A DNA stretch of 64,000 bases from an uncultured Clostridia bacterium (GCA_944383935.1 CALWRK010000002.1:1064-65063); one strand, 5' to 3'. Positions 27,086 to 37,204 are shown, counted from the first letter of the stretch. Notes: generated from the letters alone by a model not told the origin. Translations and numbers: made by a program.

Positions 27086-28624
27086 TTACGCCTTTCTGCC
27101 CTCCTCATATCTCACCAGCGCGGCGTACAGCTTTGCAGTGGCAATACAGTCGGCATATGCGCGGTGCGCGTTGAGCAGCGGAATATGGAAGTATGTGCAC
27201 AAATCCGAGAGGTTATGCCTGCCCGGGATATGCAGATCGTTAGCTATTTGCAACGTATCTATCAGCTTGCTTTTTATACTCATACCCGTGTTTTTAAGCA
27301 CTCTCGCCAAAATAAGATAGTCGTATTCATTGCCGTTATGCGCTATGAGAGGCACGTCGCCGATGAATTCCATCACCTGTGGGAGTACCTCTTCTATACG
27401 CGGCGCGTCCTTTACGTCTGCGTCGAATATGTGGTTCACTCTGGACGCATCCGGAGGAATCGGGATTCCCGGGTTTACGAATGTGTCGAAATATTCCGTC
27501 ACCTTCCCGTCCACCATGCGCGCCATGCCTATTTCTATGATACTGCACAGGGAGGGGTTCTTGCCCGTGGTTTCAAAGTCTATGGCGATATACGTCTTGC
27601 CTGCGATCAGCGGATTTGTGTCGGAGAGTACCTGTTCCAGGCTGTCTGCGGAATCTTGATAAGGTATAACGGGCACGGGCGTGACGGATGTTCGTTCCGT
27701 CTTGGGATCGGAATTATCCACAGCTGAATAATCTATATTGCATATAGTGACGTCGGACACTATGAATTTGGGCTGACCGGAAGAATAGCCGTCCTCTTCG
27801 AAAGAGCCTTTCACCTTTATAGTCATGCCGTTGGTTATGGCTCCGAGCACGCCGCCTTTTTTCCTGCGCGTAAACTTAATACACTCCACGCTTCCGGTGG
27901 TATCGTCCAGTTTGAAAGTGTGAAAATAGTATCCCTTCTTACTTACCCTCTCCTGCATATCCGACACGGTGCCGGCAATACATACATCAAAGGCATTTTT
28001 CTTCACGCGGGCTATATATACGGCGGATTCGGTTATCTTATCCCCGATAAAAGCCATCTCTTCGCCGGTGGAATGAAAGTACTGTTTTACGGGCGCTGCC
28101 TCCAGCTTGGGCGCAGAAGATATGTAAAACGCGTTGGCGGAGTGTTGCTTTACCACTATTTCGGAATCCACGCCGTAAAGCTCGCTGATATAATCCTTTA
28201 TAGAACCGGTGATATCCGCCGAAATGAATGCGGAGGCTATAAAATCGGGCAGATCGAGTGTGATTATCGGAATGCCTTCCTCCACGGTGGCGGAGATGGA
28301 ATCTTCGGGAATTTGAGAGCAGTACGCCCCGTACTGTTCGCTTAGGAACTTCTCCACCAAGCGCTTTATGATGTCCGCGTTAAAATATACCTTTTTGAAT
28401 ACCGTAGTCACGGGCAGAGAGATATCGTGTTCTTTGAAGATGTCGCAAATTATGCCGGATATCTCCTCCGTTTCGCCGCTTGCAGACAGAGCATCGCACC
28501 TCTCGTACGGCGCAGACAGCGTGACGCATACCGTGCCCGACGTCTTGTCAACCGTCACGTCTTTGAATCTGATGTAGGGATACTTCCCTTCCGTTATCTG
28601 TTTGAACTTTTCTTCCAGTACCAT
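27086..28624 (-). CDS. PolC-N-terminus-like / OB-fold / DEDDh 3'-5' exonuclease protein (no PHP or polymerase domain)
   Basis: C-terminal ~180 aa carry Exo I AIDFETTG, Exo II LIAHNGNEYDYLIL and Exo III HRAYADCIATAKLY. An OB-like block (CIAGTVSDMQER..HTFKLDDTTGSVECIKF..IKVKGSFEED) precedes them. The gene occupies the ispG-[polC]-rimP slot. Confidence 0.75.
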   Translation of the reverse strand: MVLEEKFKQITEGKYPYIRFKDVTVDKTSGTVCVTLSAPYERCDALSASGETEEISGIICDIFKEHDISLPVTTVFKKVYFNADIIKRLVEKFLSEQYGAYCSQIPEDSISATVEEGIPIITLDLPDFIASAFISADITGSIKDYISELYGVDSEIVVKQHSANAFYISSAPKLEAAPVKQYFHSTGEEMAFIGDKITESAVYIARVKKNAFDVCIAGTVSDMQERVSKKGYYFHTFKLDDTTGSVECIKFTRRKKGGVLGAITNGMTIKVKGSFEEDGYSSGQPKFIVSDVTICNIDYSAVDNSDPKTERTSVTPVPVIPYQDSADSLEQVLSDTNPLIAGKTYIAIDFETTGKNPSLCSIIEIGMARMVDGKVTEYFDTFVNPGIPIPPDASRVNHIFDADVKDAPRIEEVLPQVMEFIGDVPLIAHNGNEYDYLILARVLKNTGMSIKSKLIDTLQIANDLHIPGRHNLSDLCTYFHIPLLNAHRAYADCIATAKLYAALVRYEEGRKA

Positions 28625-28625
28625 C

Positions 28626-29657
28626 TTACAGTTTGTCTATCTCTTCCAAAAGCGCCTTCATCAAATTCTCGTTGGGCACCATTGCGAGTATTTTACCGTC
28701 CTTGAACAGGGCGGATCTATCCTTACCTCCCGCAACGCCGATGTCACAGTGCGCGGACTCTCCTATGCCGTTTACAATACAGCCCATAACGGCAATTTGT
28801 AAATATTTATTCACTCCCATTGTATATTCTCTCACCTTTTCGGCAAGCTCTTTCACGTTTATCTCCGTCCTGGCGCAAGTGGGACATGAGATTATCTCCA
28901 CATACGGCTTAGAGTATTTCCCTATTGCCTTCAATATCTCCGCGGCTGCATCCACTTCCTTTACCGGATCGTCGGTGAGCGAAACTCTGATGGTGTCGCC
29001 TATACCGTCCAACAGGAGCGCGCCTATTCCTATTGCGGATTTGACCAATCCCTGCGTATAAAGCCCCGCCTCAGTTACGCCCAAATGGAGCGGATAATCA
29101 CAGCGCTTATTGAGCAGTCTGTTGCACTCCACCATGGCTTTTACATCGGACGACTTCACGGATATGACGATGTCTTGCACCCCATGTCTTTCCAGCATGG
29201 AGCAGTATTCCAAGGCGCTTTCGCACATCGCTTCGGGCAGAGGCATCCCTAAGTATTTTTTGTCCAAAGACCCGCCGTTTACTCCAACCCTCACCGGAAT
29301 GTGGTGAGATTTAAGGCAGTCGGCTACCGGCTTGAGCTTGCTTTCCCCTCCCAAATTGCCGGGATTTATCCTGATTTTCGCCGCGCCGTTTTCTATGGCG
29401 GCTATCGCCAATTTATAGTCGAAATGTATGTCCGCCACCACGGGGATGGGAGATTTAGCGCATATTTCCTTGAATGCCACGGCAGATTGGCTGTCCGGCA
29501 CGGACGCGCGAACGATATCGCAACCGCAGGCGGCAAGCCTGCCTATCTGTTCCAAGGTGGCTTGCGCGTCTTTGGTGGGAGTGTTGGTCATCGACTGAAC
29601 GGCAATCGCCTCCCCTCCGCCTATTGTCACATTTCCAATACGAACTTTCTTACTCAT
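28626..29657 (-). CDS. ispG: 4-hydroxy-3-methylbut-2-en-1-yl diphosphate synthase
   Basis: 343 aa. IAVQSMTNT, DIVRASVP, and C-terminal CPTCAR...GCIVNGIGE Fe-S cysteines. Confidence 0.93.
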   Translation of the reverse strand: MSKKVRIGNVTIGGGEAIAVQSMTNTPTKDAQATLEQIGRLAACGCDIVRASVPDSQSAVAFKEICAKSPIPVVADIHFDYKLAIAAIENGAAKIRINPGNLGGESKLKPVADCLKSHHIPVRVGVNGGSLDKKYLGMPLPEAMCESALEYCSMLERHGVQDIVISVKSSDVKAMVECNRLLNKRCDYPLHLGVTEAGLYTQGLVKSAIGIGALLLDGIGDTIRVSLTDDPVKEVDAAAEILKAIGKYSKPYVEIISCPTCARTEINVKELAEKVREYTMGVNKYLQIAVMGCIVNGIGESAHCDIGVAGGKDRSALFKDGKILAMVPNENLMKALLEEIDKL

Positions 29658-29658
29658 A

Positions 29659-30759
29659 TCACGCCAAAAAATGTACGAGATCCAATATTATCGCCAATAG
29701 CAGCAGGAATATCAGTCCCGCAAAGTGTATTATGTTTTCTATTTTTCTGTTTATCGGCTTTCCCCTTATCCACTCTATCAAGCAGAATATCACCTTGCAC
29801 CCGTCCAGCGCGGGAAACGGCAGTATATTCATGATGGCCACGGACGCGGAGAGTACGCATACCCCATACATTATCGCATAAAATCCGATTTGTGTCAATT
29901 CCGCGAGCGATTGCACCGCGCTAACCGTGCCTCCCAACGTTTCGCTTACCTTGGCGTCGCCCGTAAACAGCTGCCCGACAGAGGTGAATATCAGCTTTAC
30001 AACGTCCCCCACAAACTCGAAAGCGTGCCCCAGAGAAGGGAAAAATCCGAGTTTATACTGTGCATAATTATACGCAATACCCAAGCCGTAAGCGGAACCT
30101 CCTTCGGCGGCGTCGTCGGCATAATATACCTTTTTTATATTCAAGGTGACCTGCTCTCCGTCCCTGACCACTACGGCAGAAAAAGAATCCTTATCGCCTA
30201 TGGCGTCGGCAAAGGCGTTGACATCTATGAGAGAGTAAACTTTCTCCCCGTCTATGCTCAGCACCAAATCGCCCTCTTGAAAGTATTGCTCCGCGCTCAC
30301 GGTCATCTGTTTATCCGAATATACCTCATGAGTTTCGGCTATATGCGGCAGTACATCTCCGAATGCCATGAAAAACACGGCTATCACTATAATGGCGCTG
30401 ATAAAGTTGAACAGTGCCCCCGATATAAGCACTATTATCCTCTGCCATGGCGGTTTTGAATAGTACGAACCTTCACCGGGCGCAGCCTTTTCCTCTTCAT
30501 CTTCTCCGTCAAAGGCGCAATATCCGCCCAAGGGAATACAGCGTATGGCGAACAACTCGCCCGTCTTTTTGCTTTTATGTTTGACTATCGCAGGTCCGAA
30601 CCCTATCGAGAACTCGTTTATCTTAAACTTGAATATCTTGCCCGCCACATAGTGACCGAATTCGTGAACGACTATGATAAACATTAGACAGAGCAACGCC
30701 ACAAGCACATACCCTATCCATTCGAGTACCTCTACAAAGGTCGCACTCAACAAAAACAT
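29659..30759 (-). CDS. rseP: RIP metalloprotease RseP/RasP (site-2 protease, M50)
   Basis: HEFGHY zinc motif, an internal PDZ-like segment and a C-terminal NILPFPALDG motif. Start taken at MFLLSATF (ATG 30759). Confidence 0.88.
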   Translation of the reverse strand: MFLLSATFVEVLEWIGYVLVALLCLMFIIVVHEFGHYVAGKIFKFKINEFSIGFGPAIVKHKSKKTGELFAIRCIPLGGYCAFDGEDEEEKAAPGEGSYYSKPPWQRIIVLISGALFNFISAIIVIAVFFMAFGDVLPHIAETHEVYSDKQMTVSAEQYFQEGDLVLSIDGEKVYSLIDVNAFADAIGDKDSFSAVVVRDGEQVTLNIKKVYYADDAAEGGSAYGLGIAYNYAQYKLGFFPSLGHAFEFVGDVVKLIFTSVGQLFTGDAKVSETLGGTVSAVQSLAELTQIGFYAIMYGVCVLSASVAIMNILPFPALDGCKVIFCLIEWIRGKPINRKIENIIHFAGLIFLLLLAIILDLVHFLA

Positions 30760-30761
30760 CT

Positions 30762-31898
30762 CTACCTCCCGGGAAGGCAACCTTTCAGATAACTGCGACA
30801 ACGCGCGTCCATATCGCGGATGGCTTCCGGGCTGAAATCAAAATCCGCCCCCGCCAGGTTATCCACCGCCTTATAAATATAATATGGCACGTCGTAAAAT
30901 TTTATAAGTCCGCGGTAAAAATAATCTACCAACACCTCATCGGCGGCATTTAGAATTACGGGAGCGGCTCCCCCGGCGCGGGCACATTCCACCGCTATTT
31001 TAAGGCAGGGAAAAACTTTCGTATCCGGACGCTCGAACGTGAGCGGTTCAGCCGTGAGATCGAGAGGCGAAAATTGCACATCTCCCCTATCGGGATAATT
31101 CAATGCGACTTGAATGGGCAGTTTCATATCGGGATAACTGAGCTGAGCAAGTATACTGCCGTCGGAAAATTTGACCATGGAATGCACTATACTCTGCCTG
31201 TGAATAAGCACTTTTATCCTATCTGCCGGCATATCGAACAGGTGCATCGCCTCTATCACCTCAAAGCCCTTGTTCATGAGCGTGGCGGAATCTATCGTCA
31301 CCTTTACGCCCATATCCCAGGTTGGATGTTTAAGAGCTTGCGCTGCCGTGACATTTTCCAGCATTTCGCGCGTATATCCGCGAAAAGCGCCGCCGCTCGC
31401 CGTAAGAATAATCTCGCTGCACTCCTTATCTCCATTCAAGCACTGCCATATGGCGGAGTGTTCACTGTCTACGGGGAGCATATTCACCCCCTTGTCCGCA
31501 GCCGCTTTCATGACCAACCTGCCGCCCGTCACGAGCGTTTCTTTATTCGCCAAAGCTATGTCGTTGCCGGCGGCTATTGCGGCGAGCGTAGGTTCCAAAC
31601 CGTCTATCCCCACAAGGGCATTCAGAGTTATATCCGCACTCATAGCGGCGACTTGCATAACTCCGCTTCTGCCTTCCAGTACGGGGATTTTTACCAGCCC
31701 GCGCAAAGCCTTAGCAGCGCGCACGTCCTCTACAGCCACGACTTCGGGACGGAAGCGATCCGCTTGCTCTTTCATCAAGTGAATATTGCGCGCGCATACG
31801 AGTGCTTTTACTTTGAATTTTTCGGGATATGCGGCGATCACATCCAGCGTCTGCGTGCCGATGGACCCCGTACTTCCCAGCAATACAATGCTCTTCAT
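30762..31898 (-). CDS. dxr: 1-deoxy-D-xylulose 5-phosphate reductoisomerase
   Basis: LGSTGSIGTQTLDV NADPH motif, LANKE, PVDSEHSAI and KHPTWDMG. Confidence 0.95.
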   Translation of the reverse strand: MKSIVLLGSTGSIGTQTLDVIAAYPEKFKVKALVCARNIHLMKEQADRFRPEVVAVEDVRAAKALRGLVKIPVLEGRSGVMQVAAMSADITLNALVGIDGLEPTLAAIAAGNDIALANKETLVTGGRLVMKAAADKGVNMLPVDSEHSAIWQCLNGDKECSEIILTASGGAFRGYTREMLENVTAAQALKHPTWDMGVKVTIDSATLMNKGFEVIEAMHLFDMPADRIKVLIHRQSIVHSMVKFSDGSILAQLSYPDMKLPIQVALNYPDRGDVQFSPLDLTAEPLTFERPDTKVFPCLKIAVECARAGGAAPVILNAADEVLVDYFYRGLIKFYDVPYYIYKAVDNLAGADFDFSPEAIRDMDARCRSYLKGCLPGR

Positions 31899-32824
31899 AT
31901 CAATATACCGCTTGCGGCAAATACCAAATATACAAGAGGAAGCATAAATAAAATGCTGTCCAATCTATCCATTATGCCGCCGTGACCGGGGAAAATTTTG
32001 CCAAAATCCTTTATACCCGCCTTTCTCTTTATCCAAGAAGCCGCCAAGTCGCCGAGCTCTCCCAAAATGCCGCCTACCACGCCCAGGGCGATATATAAGC
32101 CCAGCGAAGCGTAGATATTGCCCGTGGAGATAATCTGCGTACTTCCGGAATTGGGAAGTGCGGAGAATGCCGAGCTGAAATCAAACAGCAAGAATACGAT
32201 AACCGCGCCCATTACGCCGCCTATCACTCCGCCTACGGCTCCCGCAACCGTCTTTTTGGGACTTATCTGCGGGCAAAGTTTCCGCTTACCAAGCGCACGA
32301 CCGGTGAAGTATGCCATAGTATCCGCCATGACGGGAACGGCTATGGTGAGCATAATTCCCAGCAGTCCCGCTTCAGAATGGTTTATAGGCAAAAACAGCA
32401 AAAACAGCGCCATGGGATATATGGCGATAAAAACGGTGGCGAACATATCATTGAGCGCATATCCCTTCTTTTCCGCAGCCGCGCCTTCCTCGCCGTCGGG
32501 TTGAGGATTTGCCTCTCCCAAATTATGTTTCAACGTGAACACGATCAATGCGGAGATAACCGTAACCGCCAAGGTGAGCGCAATGCCGTCCGCCATTAAA
32601 AAATATGTTAGAGGGAACGCCGCGACGCATCCGATAATCAGCGCGGACGGTATGGGACGATAGCCGGCGAGTTTGAATGCGTGATACATCTCGTACACAC
32701 CCATGAACATGAGCAAAATCAAGATGTCCGCAAGCTGAAAGTAGATGGATCTCAGTCCGAACACGCACCCGAACAGTACCGCCAAAAGACAAACCGCAGT
32801 TATTATCCTTTTTAACATATGCAC
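31895..32824 (-). CDS. cdsA: phosphatidate cytidylyltransferase
   Basis: Polytopic membrane protein with the C-terminal CTP-transferase signature SWIKRKAGIKDFGKIFPGHGGIMDRLDS. Confidence 0.9.
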   Translation of the reverse strand: MHMLKRIITAVCLLAVLFGCVFGLRSIYFQLADILILLMFMGVYEMYHAFKLAGYRPIPSALIIGCVAAFPLTYFLMADGIALTLAVTVISALIVFTLKHNLGEANPQPDGEEGAAAEKKGYALNDMFATVFIAIYPMALFLLFLPINHSEAGLLGIMLTIAVPVMADTMAYFTGRALGKRKLCPQISPKKTVAGAVGGVIGGVMGAVIVFLLFDFSSAFSALPNSGSTQIISTGNIYASLGLYIALGVVGGILGELGDLAASWIKRKAGIKDFGKIFPGHGGIMDRLDSILFMLPLVYLVFAASGILI

Positions 32825-32825
32825 C

Positions 32826-33518
32826 TCATTTTAAGCCGCCGAATCTGCGCTCTCTTCCGGAAAATTCCCTGATTATCCCAATCACGGTGTCCTTATCGAA
32901 ATCAGGCCAAAAATCGTCTATAAACACAAATTCCGAATAAGCGCTCTGCCAAAGCATAAAGTTGGACAGCCTCTTTTCTCCCGCGCAGCGCACGATTATG
33001 TCCGGGTCGTGCATACCCGCGGTATCTATGGCGGAGTTCATGTTTTCGATATTTATCTCCTTGCCCGCAGCCGCCAGTTTGCCCGCAGCCCGCACAATCT
33101 CGTCCCTTCCGCCGTAATTAAGACCTATATTTACCACAATGCCGGTATTGCCTTTTGCGGCAGACTCAACCTTTTCCAGCGCCGACATGGTTTCCTTTGG
33201 CAATCTGTGTAACTCCCCCATGAAACGAATGCGATAGTTTTTATTTACATAATCCTGCATCTCTTCATCGGCAAACTTCTTTATCATCGCCAAAAGAGCG
33301 TCTATTTCGTCTTGGGGGCGCGACCAATTCTCTGTGGAGAGGGCGTAAAAAGACACCTCTTTCACGCCCAATTCATCGCAGGCGGCAACCACCCTTTTCA
33401 AAGCCTCCACTCCCATCTTGTGCCCGTACTTGCGCGGCATAAGGCGGCGCTTTGCCCATCGGCCGTTACCGTCCATGATAAATGCGATATGTGTAGGTAT
33501 TTTAAGTTCTTCCGCCAT
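32826..33518 (-). CDS. uppS: isoprenyl transferase (undecaprenyl diphosphate synthase)
   Basis: HIAFIMDGNGRWA, FYALSTENW and RLSNFMLWQSAYSE motifs. The track ORF begins at TTG 33533; ATG 33518 (MAEELKIP) is preferred. Confidence 0.92.
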   Translation of the reverse strand: MAEELKIPTHIAFIMDGNGRWAKRRLMPRKYGHKMGVEALKRVVAACDELGVKEVSFYALSTENWSRPQDEIDALLAMIKKFADEEMQDYVNKNYRIRFMGELHRLPKETMSALEKVESAAKGNTGIVVNIGLNYGGRDEIVRAAGKLAAAGKEINIENMNSAIDTAGMHDPDIIVRCAGEKRLSNFMLWQSAYSEFVFIDDFWPDFDKDTVIGIIREFSGRERRFGGLK

Positions 33519-33587
33519 AGTCACTCTATTCAAATGGCAAGTAAGACTTACGCCCTACTTGCCATAAACAGACATATATATGTTATT

Positions 33588-34166
33588 TCAGACATTCATG
33601 ATATCCGCTTCCTTGTCCTTGACCATCTTGTCCACCCTAGATACGGCATCGTTGAGTTTTTTGTCCACATCCTTTTCAAGAGAGGAGAGATCGTCTTCCG
33701 TGATAGCGGAATCTTTCTTCATCTTTTTGAGTTCGTCGTTTATGTCGCGGCGAGCGTTGCGAAGAGCCACTTTACAATTTTCCGCAAGTGCCTTCATCTG
33801 CTTCACATACTCGCGTCGGCGTTCTTCTGTAAGTTCGGGGAATACAAGCCTGATCACCTTGCCGTCGTTTGTGGGAGTGACGCCTATATTGGCGGCGAGA
33901 ATCGCCTTTTCCACGTTCTTCAACATACTCACGTCCCAAACGTTGACCACCAGCATCCTGGCTTCCGGAGCGGAGACATTGCCCACCTGATTCAAGGGCG
34001 TGGGACAACCGTAATAATCCACCATTATCCTATCCAGCATATGCGGATTCGCTTTGCCCGCCTTGATACCGGCAAACTCGTGCTTCAAACCTTCCACACT
34101 CTTTTCCAGCCTGCTTTCGAAATCATCAAACAGCAGGAGTACGTCTTCATTATCGTATGCAGCCAT
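33588..34166 (-). CDS. frr: ribosome recycling factor
   Basis: 192 aa. AGIKAGKANPHMLDRIMVDYYG and VWDVSML motifs. SD GGAG upstream. Confidence 0.93.
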   Translation of the reverse strand: MAAYDNEDVLLLFDDFESRLEKSVEGLKHEFAGIKAGKANPHMLDRIMVDYYGCPTPLNQVGNVSAPEARMLVVNVWDVSMLKNVEKAILAANIGVTPTNDGKVIRLVFPELTEERRREYVKQMKALAENCKVALRNARRDINDELKKMKKDSAITEDDLSSLEKDVDKKLNDAVSRVDKMVKDKEADIMNV

Positions 34167-34195
34167 AATACTCTCCTATTTTGCTTTATAAAATA

Positions 34196-34224
34196 ATTAT
34201 ATCAAAATGCGGCGCGATAATCAA
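34196..34224 (-). promoter_or_regulatory. sigma-A promoter upstream of frr
   Basis: Minus strand reads TTGATT-17 nt-TATAAT, about 29 nt upstream of the frr ATG, with SD GGAG in the leader. Confidence 0.6.
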
Positions 34225-34229
34225 TACTT

Positions 34230-34931
34230 TCAATGAATTATTGTGCCTATTCTTTCACCGTTGACCACTCTGACTATACTGTCTTTTTCTTTCAAAGCGA
34301 ACGCTATGATGGGTATCTTATTTTCCATGCACAATGAAATCGCCGTGGTATCCATCGCGTGCAGTCCCTTCTGAATCACGTCCAAATAGCTGAGCTCATC
34401 GAACTTTTTCGCATTGGGATTGATCTTAGGGTCGCTGTCATAAATTCCATCCACGTTTTTGGCAAGCAGCAACACTTCCGCGTTTATCTCCGCAGCGCGC
34501 AGCGCCGCTCCCGTATCCGTACTGAAAAAAGGATTTCCCGTACCGCAGGCAAATATAACTATCCTGCCCTTTTCAAAGTGATGGAGGGCTTTGCGCAATA
34601 TATAAGGTTCGGCTACTCTGGTGATCGTGAGCGCCGTCTGCACCCTTGTGGGGATGCCGTGCGCTTCCAGGGCGTCTTGTAAGGCGATGGAATTCATAAC
34701 GGTTGCGAGCATACCCATATGGTCGGCAGCCGACTTTTCCATATTCAGCGCCTGTCTGCCGCGCCAAAAATTGCCGCCGCCTATGATAATGCCTATCTCT
34801 ACGTTTTCTTCCCTGACCTTTTTGATCTGCTCAACGATATATTCCAGCATAGACTCGTCTATACCGAACCCCTTGGCTCCCGCCAAAGCCTCTCCGCTGA
34901 GTTTGATTATAACTCTCTTATATATCGCCAT
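34230..34931 (-). CDS. pyrH: UMP kinase
   Basis: 233 aa. [21 protein letters not shown] and [11 protein letters not shown] motifs. Confidence 0.95.
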   Translation of the reverse strand: MAIYKRVIIKLSGEALAGAKGFGIDESMLEYIVEQIKKVREENVEIGIIIGGGNFWRGRQALNMEKSAADHMGMLATVMNSIALQDALEAHGIPTRVQTALTITRVAEPYILRKALHHFEKGRIVIFACGTGNPFFSTDTGAALRAAEINAEVLLLAKNVDGIYDSDPKINPNAKKFDELSYLDVIQKGLHAMDTTAISLCMENKIPIIAFALKEKDSIVRVVNGERIGTIIH

Positions 34932-34946
34932 AACTCCCTCCTATAT

Positions 34947-34974
34947 AAAAAAAGGGAAACGCAACGCGTTTCCC
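34947..34974 (-). terminator. rho-independent terminator after tsf
   Basis: Minus strand GGGAAACGC-guu-GCGUUUCCC followed by UUUUUUU. Confidence 0.85.
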
Positions 34975-34981
34975 TATTCGA

Positions 34982-35866
34982 TCAGTTGCCGGATTTTGCT
35001 TTGTTTATCTGAGCTTCAACTTCCGCCGCCAAATCTTCCGTCTTCTTTTCAAGACCTTCGCCCATCGTATAACGGGTGAACTTTACGACGGCAGCGCCGC
35101 CATTTTCTTTAAGCAGCTGAGCTATGCTCTTGTCCGCGTCCTTTACGAAAGGCTGCTCCATAAGGCAAACTTCCTTATAGAACTTATGGATTCTGCCCTC
35201 CACCATCTTTTCGATGATGGCTACGGGCTTGGGCTTGGGCTCGTTGAGCGCCTGCGCTTTAAGAATCTCTTTTTCGTGCTCTATCTCTTCGGAAGGAACT
35301 TCCGCGGGAGTCACATATTTGGGGCTTGCCGCGGCGATCTGCAAAGCCACGTCGTGAATTATCTCTGCGCTTGCATTTGCGCTCATCTCCACCAAAACGC
35401 CTATCTTGCCGCCCATATGGATATAGGAGTCCACCTTGTGAGCGTCGTCTATTACATACTTGGCAAAGCGCCTGACTTCTATCTTCTCGCCTATTTTGGC
35501 AACGGTGTCGTGGAGAAGATCTTGGTTTGCGGCGACAACTTCTGCCACATCGTTCACATTGTTATCCGCAATATATTCGGCTATCTTGTTCACGAACTCC
35601 TTGAACTGATCGCCCCTTGCCACGAAGTCGGATTCGCAGTTGACTTCCACCAGCACGCCGATATTGCCCTTTATGCAAGAACTCACCACGCCCTGAGAAG
35701 CCACTTTATCCGCCCTCTTTGCACTGGTGGCGACGCCCTTCTTGCGGAGAATCTCCACCGCCTGCTCCATATCGCCGTCGGCTTCGGTGAGCGCCTTTTT
35801 GCAGTCCATCATGCCGACACCCGTCTGCTCGCGCAGCTTCATTACGTCTTTAGCTGTAAAACTCAT
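34982..35866 (-). CDS. tsf: elongation factor Ts
   Basis: 294 aa. VMKLREQTGVGMMDCKKAL UBA-like N-terminus. Confidence 0.95.
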   Translation of the reverse strand: MSFTAKDVMKLREQTGVGMMDCKKALTEADGDMEQAVEILRKKGVATSAKRADKVASQGVVSSCIKGNIGVLVEVNCESDFVARGDQFKEFVNKIAEYIADNNVNDVAEVVAANQDLLHDTVAKIGEKIEVRRFAKYVIDDAHKVDSYIHMGGKIGVLVEMSANASAEIIHDVALQIAAASPKYVTPAEVPSEEIEHEKEILKAQALNEPKPKPVAIIEKMVEGRIHKFYKEVCLMEQPFVKDADKSIAQLLKENGGAAVVKFTRYTMGEGLEKKTEDLAAEVEAQINKAKSGN

Positions 35867-35877
35867 CTTTCTTCTCC

Positions 35878-36645
35878 TTATTCTTTATCCTCGGCGGGAG
35901 CTTCTTCCGTCTGCTCCTCGGCTTCGGCGTCCTTATCCTCTTCTTCGTCTACGGAATATGCCACGCCTTCTTTTGCCTCTATAACCGCATTTGCGATGAT
36001 ACCGGCAATCAGCTTGATCGCTCTTATGGCGTCGTCGTTACCGGGAATGACGTAATCCACCATATCGGGATCGCAGTTGGTATCCACAAGTCCCACTACG
36101 GGGATTCCCAGCTTGCGGGCTTCCTTAACGGCTATCTCTTCGTTTTTGATGTCCACTACGAACATAACTCCGGGAAGAGAGGTCATGTTCTTTATACCGC
36201 CCAGGTTGGCGTCCAGCTTTGCCCTTTCGGCTTTGAGTGCGGCAACTTCCTTTTTGGGGAGCAGGTCGAACTCGCCGATTATCTCCATTTGATTGATCTT
36301 ATTCAGGCGATCTATGCGACTGCGGATGGTCTTGAAATTGGTCAAAGTGCCGCCCAGCCAACGCTGGTTGATGTAATACATTCCGCACCTGGTAGCCTCT
36401 TCCTTGATGGCGTCCTGAGCCTGCTTTTTGGTTCCCACGAAGAGAACGGTCTTGCCCGCTTTGACGGAGTCGCGGACGAAAGCATATGCCTTTTCCACTT
36501 CCTGAACGGAAACTTCCAGGTTGATGATGTGGATGTCGTTGCGTGCCTGATAGATGTACTTTTGCATCTTGGGATTCCACTTTTTTGTCTGATGACCGAA
36601 GTGGACGCCTGCTTCGAGCAGGTTTTTCATTGTTACTACTGCCAT
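35878..36645 (-). CDS. rpsB: 30S ribosomal protein S2
   Basis: 255 aa. [19 protein letters not shown] and an acidic C-terminal tail. Confidence 0.96.
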   Translation of the reverse strand: MAVVTMKNLLEAGVHFGHQTKKWNPKMQKYIYQARNDIHIINLEVSVQEVEKAYAFVRDSVKAGKTVLFVGTKKQAQDAIKEEATRCGMYYINQRWLGGTLTNFKTIRSRIDRLNKINQMEIIGEFDLLPKKEVAALKAERAKLDANLGGIKNMTSLPGVMFVVDIKNEEIAVKEARKLGIPVVGLVDTNCDPDMVDYVIPGNDDAIRAIKLIAGIIANAVIEAKEGVAYSVDEEEDKDAEAEEQTEEAPAEDKE

Positions 36646-36751
36646 AAAAAACTCCTTTTGTTTTATTCACCCCCGACGTTTTGCATTGAAGGCAACTACA
36701 AAAAGCAGCAACTACCGTCAACTGTGCGTCAGGTGTTTATTTTCTTATGCG

Positions 36752-36780
36752 ATTATAGCACAGCAATGGCGTAAAAGCAA
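36752..36780 (-). promoter_or_regulatory. sigma-A promoter of rpsB-tsf (extended -10)
   Basis: Minus strand reads TTGCTT-17 nt-(TGc)TATAAT, about 100 nt upstream of the rpsB ATG. Confidence 0.55.
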
Positions 36781-36847
36781 ATGTTTTTACGCTATTTGTC
36801 ATATCTTTCCGGCGAAAGACGGATTATATAAGCAGAAACCTTGAAAA

Positions 36848-37204
36848 TTACTTTTCGTTTGCGTCGTGATGATGTCCGCAATCGTGATCGCAGCAATCGC
36901 AGTCATCTTCGCACGCCCCTGCTTCTTCCAAATATACATTGTATACGCCCTGCAAAGTCTCTTCGTCTTCTACGGGTACGAAGAGGTCGTTGCCATCCAT
37001 ATCAGTGCCTATCTTGAATATGAACATCTCGTCTTCGTCCATATCGTCCTCCAAGACGACGGGTTGAAGCAAGATATACCACTCGTCCTTATAATCCAAA
37101 GTGGCGATATGTTCGAACTTCGTATACTTTCCGTCCTCGTCCACGAGTTCTATAACGCTGTCTTCTTCTTCGTCATATTCTTCATTCATCTTTTCGTCAG
37201 CCAT
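36848..37204 (-). CDS. DUF1292-family protein with a Cys/His-rich C-terminal tail
   Basis: DSVIELVDEDGKYTKFEHIATLDYKDEWYILLQPV is the DUF1292 core. Start taken at ATG 37204 (GGAGG 8 nt upstream). The tail reads ACEDDCDCCDHDCGHHHD. Confidence 0.8.
   Translation of the reverse strand: MADEKMNEEYDEEEDSVIELVDEDGKYTKFEHIATLDYKDEWYILLQPVVLEDDMDEDEMFIFKIGTDMDGNDLFVPVEDEETLQGVYNVYLEEAGACEDDCDCCDHDCGHHHDANEK

Noticed and set aside
33534-33565. Perfect 10-bp hairpin (AUGGCAAGUA…UACUUGCCAU, 12-nt loop) between frr and uppS, considered as a terminator
   Set aside because: No U-tract follows it (uuugaauag). It may be a processing or stability element, but I cannot support a terminator or riboswitch call.
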